Assembly (NCBI GenBank): GCA_964525455.1
Contig: CAZGHP010000011.1
Location: 336-24,335, forward strand
Direction: 5' to 3'
DNA from: an uncultured Candidatus Saccharibacteria bacterium
Lineage (GTDB): Bacteria > Patescibacteriota > SICC01
Length of the DNA stretch: 24,000 nt
Under the pieces are notes generated by a model. The model worked only from the letters and a program-made list of their open reading frames with translations, did no database searches and was not told the DNA's origin. The position numbers and the translations under genes are program-made. This document shows, piece by piece, positions 15,863 through 21,433 of this stretch (the stretch's first letter is position 1; each line of letters opens with the position of its first letter).

Positions 15863-16741
15863 CTACGCCCTTGACGCCTGCGTCGCCGCGATCCCCTCGA
15901 AGAATCGTTCGGACTCATGGCGGGCAGTCTCGGTCATCGCTTCCCAGTAGGGATGATGGACGCGTCGGTAGGTCGGACGATGCGCCGGACGGCCTTCGGT
16001 CTCATCCGTACGGACGATCAATCCGGCCTGCTCGAAGTCGAGCAGGATGCCTCGGGCATGCGGCAAACGGGCGGTGTCCGGTTCCGCCGGATCCTGCCTT
16101 ACCGATTCCGCGATCACCAGCTCGTCGAACGTATCAGCGGGATTCCATTGGGCGACTTCGGTCGCGACCTCAAGCTTGAGGGCGTTTCCGAAAAGCGGGC
16201 GGGACAATTTCCGCAGGCGCTGCTGAAGTTGCCTGAGGTGTTCCGGGCTCGGCGGCTGCTCGGCGACCGTCTCGTGCAACCGCTGACGGAATGCTTCGCA
16301 TCCATCTGGGTCATTAAGAAACGTTTCCAGGGCCTTGCCGGAGGGACTGTCCGGTGCCAATCCTTCACGGAACTCCGTCACGACTTGCGACATGATCGTT
16401 GCCAGCTCCTCGGCCGCGCAAGCCTGGTCGAAACGAAGCGGGTTTTCCTGCTGCGCGACCGCGACCGTCTCCGCGACCTGCAATTTGAACCCGGGGACGA
16501 CGCCGGCGTTCGGAGCATTGTGCTCGGCGAACATGTCGAGGTAGAGCTCGCCGAGTGGCTCCCGGCGATCGACAAGGCCGGTTACGACCTCCCTGCGCCG
16601 AACCGCTTCTGAAGGGCCGCTCTCCTGTAGTCGGTCCCTGATCTGCCGTAGTTGTGCACGAAGTCCGTCGCGCCCGACCTCATCGAGCCCTTCGGCCCAT
16701 TCCGCTGCTGGTGTAGAAGAAATTCCCATCGGCATCACCAT
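15863..16741 (-). CDS. Hypothetical protein, 292 aa; acidic and helical, with a possible C-terminal winged-helix-like segment
   Basis: The minus-strand ORF looks far more protein-like than the Arg-rich plus-strand alternative (15917..16612). No family recognised. The C-terminal GILLDFEQAGLIVRTDETEGRPAHRPTYRRV resembles an LxxLExxGLIxR...Y wing pattern. Confidence 0.6.
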   Translation of the reverse strand: MVMPMGISSTPAAEWAEGLDEVGRDGLRAQLRQIRDRLQESGPSEAVRRREVVTGLVDRREPLGELYLDMFAEHNAPNAGVVPGFKLQVAETVAVAQQENPLRFDQACAAEELATIMSQVVTEFREGLAPDSPSGKALETFLNDPDGCEAFRQRLHETVAEQPPSPEHLRQLQQRLRKLSRPLFGNALKLEVATEVAQWNPADTFDELVIAESVRQDPAEPDTARLPHARGILLDFEQAGLIVRTDETEGRPAHRPTYRRVHHPYWEAMTETARHESERFFEGIAATQASRA

Positions 16742-16755
16742 CGCTATGGCGATTA

Positions 16756-16784
16756 ACCGTACCGTATGGCCGCTTTCGCGTCAA
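16756..16784 (-). promoter_or_regulatory. Putative promoter of the 292-aa gene
   Basis: Minus strand reads TTGACG (16784-16779), a 17-nt spacer, then TACGGT (16761-16756), 14 nt before ATG 16741. Confidence 0.4.
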
Positions 16785-16796
16785 CAAGGCGTGAAA

Positions 16797-18260
16797 CTAC
16801 GACTCGCTGCGTGCTATCGCGGCTTGGGAACGCTGGCGGTCCGGCGGGGTATCCGACACCCGCATCTTGCCGAAGTAGCGGAGACCGAGCGTCATCCATC
16901 CGGCACAGACCGTGATCGCGAACAGGGTGAAGAACGGCAGCCCGACCGCCAGGATCAATGGCATCGAGAGCGCCGTGATCACACCGCCACCGACGAACGG
17001 CTCGAACATCAGCTGCTTGTAACCGAAGCTTTCCATCGAACTGGTCTTGTCTTCGGGATCGACGATGTGCAGGAGCAGCAGCCCGGTCGCGGTCATGCCC
17101 ATGGACTGGCCCATGTTCACGATGCCGTTCTGGAACCAGTGTTCGCGGAACATCCGCCGCGCGAAGACCATGAACCCGAAGAGGATCCAGGCGATGCCAC
17201 TGAACGCGAGCAGCCCGAACACCGCCGGGTGATGGCTGATGTATTCGAGCGACATCGTCCCTACCGCAGTGGCGATCAGGACGCTGAGAGCCAACGAGCT
17301 CATCAGCTCGACCAACGCCCGCGAGGTCCCGATACCCAGCCGCCGCCAGATGACGTGGGCGATCATGCCGCCGAACATGCAGAGCGGGAACATCGGGACG
17401 TAGTGCAGGAAGAACACGCCGGAGTGCGCTCCCCAGGTAAGCGTTTCGATCAGGAGCAGGCTCTGCCAAAGCAGCCACCCGATGCCGATCGCGACCGCTA
17501 GCAGCGCTATGTGGTTGGCGAGGCGCGACGGCGTGATGTGCTCCCGCAGACGCACGCCCTGCTTGCGCAGGTCATACAGGATCCGCCGGTGATAGGCCCG
17601 CTGGTACGCAGCCTGGTGGTGGACGGTCTTGATGTGGTGCCGGAGACGGCCCCAATGCACCAGCAGCATCCCGCTGATCAACGCGGTGATCAGGCTGACG
17701 GTCGCCAGGCCCATGGCCAGATCCCGTCCCTCTTGGAAACCGAGCTTGCCGAATATCGGCGACATACCTGATACGGTGCCGTGGCCGCCCTCGAAACTCA
17801 CTTCGATCAGGGCGGCGGTGAGCGGGTTGGCCCCGAAGAGCGGTACCAACACCAGCAACGCCAGCAGGCCGCCGACGGCGTACTGGCCCCAGGCCAGCGT
17901 CTGCCCGAACGCGACCTGCGGGCCGGCCGACCGCCACATATGCCGGAACGGCAGGATCGGGCGGGCCAGGAACAGACAGGCGAAGACGACGTTGATCAGT
18001 TCCTTCGGAAGTTGCCTCCACTGTGCATAGTACGAATCGGGAAGCTGCCAGTCCGGAAAATGTATCCCGGCGACCTGCGGGCCGAAGACCAGCAACAGCA
18101 TTCCCGCCACCAATGAGGCGGGGAGGAACGTCGACCGCACCATCGGGAGCTTGGCAAGTGCCGCCCCGGCCAACAGGAATACGCCCAGCAGGACCGCCGT
18201 ATACCCGTAATCTACGCAGGCGACGCCGATCTGTACGCAGGTGTCGAAAAAGTCGTTCAT
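16797..18260 (-). CDS. gltS: Sodium/glutamate symporter family (GltS-like) membrane protein, 487 aa
   Basis: Polytopic membrane protein with an EVSFEGGHGT motif resembling the GltS GGHGT region. Start taken at ATG 18260 (MNDFFDT...), because the longer track start falls inside the AT-rich promoter. Confidence 0.65.
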   Translation of the reverse strand: MNDFFDTCVQIGVACVDYGYTAVLLGVFLLAGAALAKLPMVRSTFLPASLVAGMLLLVFGPQVAGIHFPDWQLPDSYYAQWRQLPKELINVVFACLFLARPILPFRHMWRSAGPQVAFGQTLAWGQYAVGGLLALLVLVPLFGANPLTAALIEVSFEGGHGTVSGMSPIFGKLGFQEGRDLAMGLATVSLITALISGMLLVHWGRLRHHIKTVHHQAAYQRAYHRRILYDLRKQGVRLREHITPSRLANHIALLAVAIGIGWLLWQSLLLIETLTWGAHSGVFFLHYVPMFPLCMFGGMIAHVIWRRLGIGTSRALVELMSSLALSVLIATAVGTMSLEYISHHPAVFGLLAFSGIAWILFGFMVFARRMFREHWFQNGIVNMGQSMGMTATGLLLLHIVDPEDKTSSMESFGYKQLMFEPFVGGGVITALSMPLILAVGLPFFTLFAITVCAGWMTLGLRYFGKMRVSDTPPDRQRSQAAIARSES

Positions 18261-18292
18261 GAAGATGTTTTGGGTTTTTGCGCGATTAAGAG

Positions 18293-18321
18293 AAAATACC
18301 ATAATCATGGTACTTTTTCAA
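18293..18321 (-). promoter_or_regulatory. Putative gltS promoter with an embedded palindrome
   Basis: Minus strand reads TTGAAA (18321-18316), a 17-nt spacer, then TATTTT (18298-18293). The spacer contains the perfect inverted repeat TACCAT-AATC-ATGGTA (18297-18312). Confidence 0.4.
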
Positions 18322-18403
18322 GCCCCCAGGGATATGCTTCGATGGATAGGGGAATCGACGGCGGGAGCGAGGATCCGCTAAAAGGGTGCCGGGCTGGGCG
18401 GCG

Positions 18404-19072
18404 TCACCGCGGCCGGGCGCAGTGCACCGCGAAGTTCCGGAGCAGGCGCAGGCCGTCCGGACCGGACTTTTCCGGATGGAACTGCACGCCGAACACGTTG
18501 CCGTCCTGTACGGCACTTACGAACAGCGATCCGGTCTCGCCAAGCACATGACGCGGATCCGCCGGCCGGGCCGCGAAACTATGCATATGATAAAAGCAGG
18601 AATGCTCCGGCAACCCCTCGGCCAGCGGTGACGACTGCACGAACTCGACCGGGGCCCAGCCGACGTTCGGTAACCGCGGCAACTCCAGCCGCGTGACATC
18701 GCCAGGAATCCAGCCAAGTCCCTCGGTCGGCTCTCCGGCGACCCGTCCCCGCTCGGTCGACGAATCGAACAACAATTGTTCGCCCAGGCAGATGCCGAGC
18801 ACCGGGCGGCCACTGTCGCGGAACGCCTCGAGCGGTTCGATCATTCCCGACTGCTGCAAGCGTTCCATCGCCTGCGAAAACGTCCCTACGCCGGGGAGCA
18901 CCACGCCGTCGGCGTCCGTCAGAGCCGCCGGGGTATCGGCCCGCACCACCTCCGCGCCGACCGCCCTTAGCGCTTTCTCCACGGAGTAACGATTGCTGAT
19001 GCCGATATCTACCACGGCCACGCACGGCGGGCCATCGGCAGCCCGTTCCGCGGCGGGCGGTCTCCGGGTCAT
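18404..19072 (-). CDS. hisH: Imidazole glycerol phosphate synthase glutaminase subunit HisH-like (class I GATase), 222 aa
   Basis: LPGVGTFSQAM, GICLGEQLL (nucleophile Cys), HMHSF and GVQFHPEKSG. ATGA overlap with the qor stop (19069-19072). Confidence 0.8.
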   Translation of the reverse strand: MTRRPPAAERAADGPPCVAVVDIGISNRYSVEKALRAVGAEVVRADTPAALTDADGVVLPGVGTFSQAMERLQQSGMIEPLEAFRDSGRPVLGICLGEQLLFDSSTERGRVAGEPTEGLGWIPGDVTRLELPRLPNVGWAPVEFVQSSPLAEGLPEHSCFYHMHSFAARPADPRHVLGETGSLFVSAVQDGNVFGVQFHPEKSGPDGLRLLRNFAVHCARPR

Positions 19073-20004
19073 TCCTTCACGCTGATGACGACCTTGCCGG
19101 TCGGGTGGCCTTCCTGCAGATAGGTCAGGGCCTCGCCGGCTTGCTCCAGCGGGAAGGTCTTGTCCACATGGACCGTGACCGCCCCCCGCTCGACGAGCCC
19201 GGCCAGCTTCGTCAGCCGTTCGGCGGTGGCCCGCGCTTGCACGGGGATCACCTCGACGTCGTAGTCTTCGGATCCTTCGAGCGGACCGTAGAGGACCATC
19301 GAGGCGAGCTTTCCTCCGGGGCGCAGCACCCTCAACGAGTCGCGCAGCGTCTGGCCCCCGACCGTATCGAAGACGGCGTCATAATCACGGACCTTGTCCG
19401 TGAACGACTCGTTGCGGTAGTCGATCGTCTCGTCCGCTCCGAGCCGCTTGGCGAATGCCGCATCGGCCGCACCGACGGTAGTGGCGACGTATGCGCCGAC
19501 GGATTTGGCGATTTGGATCGCGACCGAACCGATACCGCCCGCACCGCCGTGGATCAGCACTTTCTGGCCGGCGGACAAAGCGAGGTGTTCCGTAATCACC
19601 TGGTATGCACTCGCGCCGACGAGGGGCAGGGCGCCCGCCTCGGTAAACGAGATGTCCTTGGGCTTGGGCGCCAACTGGTCGGCCGAGACCGCGGTATATT
19701 CCGCGAACGAACCGGCGCCGCTGACCGCATCGGCCGCACCGTAGACCGCGTCACCGACCGCGACGCCTGACACACTCTTGCCGATCGCCGTGACCACACC
19801 GGCGACGTCCCCGCCGAGCGTGGCGGGAAACTGCAGTGGGATCGCTTCCTGCATCTGGCCGGAGCGGACCTTGCAATCGAACGGGTTCACGCCGGCCGCA
19901 TGCACCTCCACCACCACGCGGCCTTCGCCGGCCACGGGCTTTTCCGCTTCATTCAGGACATGGACCTCGGCGCCACCGTAACCGGTGATTTGTGATGCTT
20001 TCAT
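19069..20004 (-). CDS. NADPH:quinone oxidoreductase / zinc-type alcohol dehydrogenase-like (MDR superfamily), 311 aa
   Basis: VEVHAAGVNPFD and the Rossmann motif LIHGGAGGIGSVAIQIAK, with the typical Qor-like length. SD GAAGGAGA upstream. Confidence 0.85.
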   Translation of the reverse strand: MKASQITGYGGAEVHVLNEAEKPVAGEGRVVVEVHAAGVNPFDCKVRSGQMQEAIPLQFPATLGGDVAGVVTAIGKSVSGVAVGDAVYGAADAVSGAGSFAEYTAVSADQLAPKPKDISFTEAGALPLVGASAYQVITEHLALSAGQKVLIHGGAGGIGSVAIQIAKSVGAYVATTVGAADAAFAKRLGADETIDYRNESFTDKVRDYDAVFDTVGGQTLRDSLRVLRPGGKLASMVLYGPLEGSEDYDVEVIPVQARATAERLTKLAGLVERGAVTVHVDKTFPLEQAGEALTYLQEGHPTGKVVISVKE

Positions 20005-20099
20005 CGTCTCCTTCTCGAGGTCATGCTACATCAGATGCCGGGTGTGCCCGCGCGCATGAACGCTCCCGCCCCAAACCCACCAGGCTCTGGTTTCTCTTT

Positions 20100-20106
20100 C
20101 TTACTC
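20100..20106 (+). repeat. Left copy of the 7-bp direct repeat CTTACTC
   Basis: Identical heptamer at 21315-21321. This copy is the 5' strand of hammerhead stem III plus the cleavage-site C. Confidence 0.5.
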
Positions 20107-20152
20107 CATGAATGCGCGTTTATGCTGATGAGTCCGAAAGGACGAAAGTGAG
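20100..20152 (+). ncRNA. Hammerhead self-cleaving ribozyme motif, type III topology
   Basis: CUUACUC^CAUGAA-UGCGCG-UUUAUG-CUGAUGA-GUCC-GAAA-GGAC-GAA-AGUGAG. The full invariant core is present (CUGAUGA 20125-20131; GAA 20144-20146; A15.1-U16.1 = 20147/20105; C17 = 20106; G10.1-C11.1 = 20132/20143), enclosed by three correctly placed helices. Confidence 0.85.
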
Positions 20153-20195
20153 CTTGGGATAAAGACGATTTTAGCGGCGACGCTTCCATGACAAA

Positions 20196-20216
20196 AAGAG
20201 GCCGTATAAGCCTCTT
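20196..20216 (-). terminator. Intrinsic-terminator-like hairpin oriented on the minus strand
   Basis: AAGAGGC-CGTATAA-GCCTCTT (7-bp stem). On the minus strand the stem runs into TTTTTG (plus-strand A-run 20193-20197). It would block minus-strand transcription from the islet toward qor. Confidence 0.45.
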
Positions 20217-20316
20217 GCGAAACGTCCATGCCGGGCTCCCCAAAGCGTACTATGTTCGAACCGAAATTGGCGATCCTTTGCAGGTTTCTATATAAAAAAC
20301 ATGTAAGGTATGTCCT

Positions 20317-20628
20317 ATGGCTACAAAAGAAATTTCTGGCGGCACGGTACACAAACTGCCAGCCGATCTACGCAAGGCGTTGATTGCTGATCCAAAGGTG
20401 CTCGCTCTATGGGAAGACATTACTCCGCTCGCGCGTAATGAGTTTATCTGCTGGGTTGAGAATGCCAAACAGATTGAAACCAGGAATCGTCGCATCAAAA
20501 GAACGTGCGAAGAACTTCTCGAAGGAAAACGCCGGCCCTGCTGTTGGATTGGTTGCATCCACCGCACGGACAAGCCGCTAAGCCCCTCGGTGCGACGGGT
20601 GCTCGGTAAACAAGCTAAAAAGTCATAG
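20317..20628 (+). CDS. YdeI/OmpD-associated family protein, 103 aa
   Basis: LPADLRKALIADPKVLALWEDITPLARNEFICWVENAKQIETRNRRIKRTCEELLEGKRRPCCW matches the YdeI-type pattern. Low GC. AAGG lies 9 nt upstream of the ATG. Confidence 0.75.
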   Translation: MATKEISGGTVHKLPADLRKALIADPKVLALWEDITPLARNEFICWVENAKQIETRNRRIKRTCEELLEGKRRPCCWIGCIHRTDKPLSPSVRRVLGKQAKKS

Positions 20629-20643
20629 AAGCAAAAGGGTGTC

Positions 20644-21012
20644 ATGGCAAAACATCGGATCTACACAACGAGTGTCGCAAGGGTCTATCCATACTATGTT
20701 GCTAAGGCAGAGAAAAAGAGTCGCACAAAAACGGAAGTCGACGAAATTATTCGTTGGCTGACAGGATATAACCAGAAAGAGCTGGAAGCACAACTAGAAG
20801 AACAGACTGACTTTGAGACTTTCTTTGCAAAAGCTCCTCAGCTGAATCCGTCGCGAGCTTTGATTACAGGCGTAGTTTGCGGTGTCCGAGTGGAAGATAT
20901 CGAAGAACCGACCATGCAGGAAATTCGCTACCTGGATAAACTGATCGATGAGTTAGCGAAGGGTAAGACGATGGAGAAGATTTTGCGGAAGGAACCTAGA
21001 GGTGGAGCTTAG
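20644..21012 (+). CDS. DUF2200 domain protein, 122 aa
   Basis: [42 protein letters not shown]...[22 protein letters not shown] is the characteristic DUF2200 sequence pattern. SD AAGGG upstream. Confidence 0.8.
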   Translation: MAKHRIYTTSVARVYPYYVAKAEKKSRTKTEVDEIIRWLTGYNQKELEAQLEEQTDFETFFAKAPQLNPSRALITGVVCGVRVEDIEEPTMQEIRYLDKLIDELAKGKTMEKILRKEPRGGA

Positions 21013-21045
21013 TCCAGCTTCAGTAACGAAAATATAACGTTGCCC

Positions 21046-21083
21046 CAACGGTTAGCAACGTCATTGCAGCTGCTAACCCGTTG
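21046..21083. terminator. Hairpin between convergent genes (bidirectional terminator candidate)
   Basis: CAACGGTTAGCA (21046-21057) pairs with TGCTAACCCGTTG (21071-21083) with one bulged C and a 13-nt loop. Lies between the DUF2200 stop and the 62-aa gene stop. Confidence 0.45.
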
Positions 21084-21093
21084 CTTCCCTAGA

Positions 21094-21282
21094 CTAAGAT
21101 TTGTCGTTTAGGTACTTACCGGCAACACTGAGGGCAAACGAGGGCAGGATAACAAAAACAGTGGCAAACAGGAGCTTTGAAAGTATGTCATCATCCTTCG
21201 GCTGCGTCAGAACAACTAAAATTCCCAAAACGCCAAATACAACTGAAGCGTAGGTGAATATTCGCGTCGCTATCTTTTGCAT
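21094..21282 (-). CDS. Small two-TM membrane protein, 62 aa
   Basis: Two hydrophobic helices (YASVVFGVLGILVVL, LLFATVFVILPSFALSVAG). SD AGAGAGG lies 7 nt upstream of the ATG. Low GC. Confidence 0.55.
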   Translation of the reverse strand: MQKIATRIFTYASVVFGVLGILVVLTQPKDDDILSKLLFATVFVILPSFALSVAGKYLNDKS

Positions 21283-21314
21283 GATTGAACCTCTCTAGAC
21301 ATTAGTTGAAAGTA

Positions 21315-21321
21315 CTTACTC
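21315..21321 (+). repeat. Right copy of the 7-bp direct repeat CTTACTC
   Basis: Identical to 20100-20106. Separated by 1 nt from the encoded CCA end of tRNA-Asn. Confidence 0.5.
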
Positions 21322-21322
21322 T

Positions 21323-21397
21323 TGGCTCCGGAGGTCGGATTCGAACCGACGACCTTCGCGTTAACAGCGCGCTGCTCTACCGCTGAGCTACTCCGGA
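21323..21397 (-). tRNA. tRNA-Asn (anticodon GTT), 75 nt, with encoded CCA
   Basis: Minus strand reads TCCGGAG-TA-GCTC-AGCGGTA-GAGC-A-GCGCG-CTGTTAA-CGCGA-AGGTC-GTCGG-TTCGAAT-CCGAC-CTCCGGA-G-CCA. This gives a full cloverleaf, with anticodon loop CT-GTT-AA. Confidence 0.92.
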
Positions 21398-21421
21398 AAG
21401 TGCATGAGGCACTCTTAAAAG

Positions 21422-21427
21422 TATAAT
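21422..21427 (+). promoter_or_regulatory. Consensus -10 hexamer TATAAT, 6 nt upstream of the GTG start at 21434
   Basis: Reads aaaagTATAATggccatGTG. The overlapping minus-strand TATACT (21425-21420) could serve the divergent tRNA. Confidence 0.4.
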
Positions 21428-21433
21428 GGCCAT

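Larger units (their letters stand above)
20086..21322. other. Low-GC islet (probable horizontally acquired insertion) between qor and the 3' end of tRNA-Asn
   Basis: Composition shifts abruptly. Hand-counted 60-nt lines inside gave about 45-50% GC, against roughly two-thirds in the flanks. It abuts the tRNA 3' end. No integrase or transposase is present. Confidence 0.65.

Noticed and set aside
15588-15950. Track ORF 15588..15950 (+), 120 aa.
   Set aside because: It runs through the two gene remnants and into the antisense of the 292-aa gene. It has Arg/Ser/Gln-rich composition, no SD and no motifs.
20078-20092. Possible degenerate copy of the tRNA-Asn 3' end (aGGCTCtGG versus tGGCTCcGG) at the left edge of the islet, as an attR-type remnant.
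   Set aside because: Only about 7 of 10 positions match, and the match does not extend into the T-arm sequence. This is indistinguishable from chance. The exact 7-bp CTTACTC repeat is the better boundary candidate.
20031-20352. Track ORFs 20031..20243 (-) and 20101..20352 (-) covering the ribozyme region.
   Set aside because: They have odd composition, no SD and no motifs. One overlaps the start of the YdeI-like gene. The region is better explained by the RNA motif and hairpins.
20835-20841. CTGAGGA (fits CUGANGA) on the minus strand inside the DUF2200 gene.
   Set aside because: There is no G10.1-C11.1-closed stem II and no properly placed GAAA or stem III. It lies inside a well-supported CDS on the opposite strand.
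21305-21321. GAAAGUACUUACUC at the right islet edge resembles the GAAA-stem III-cleavage-site half of a hammerhead.
   Set aside because: No CUGANGA core or stem II lies upstream. The would-be stem III hairpin has only a 2-4 nt loop. The sequence after the repeat cannot pair with the stem I strand of the 20100-20152 motif.
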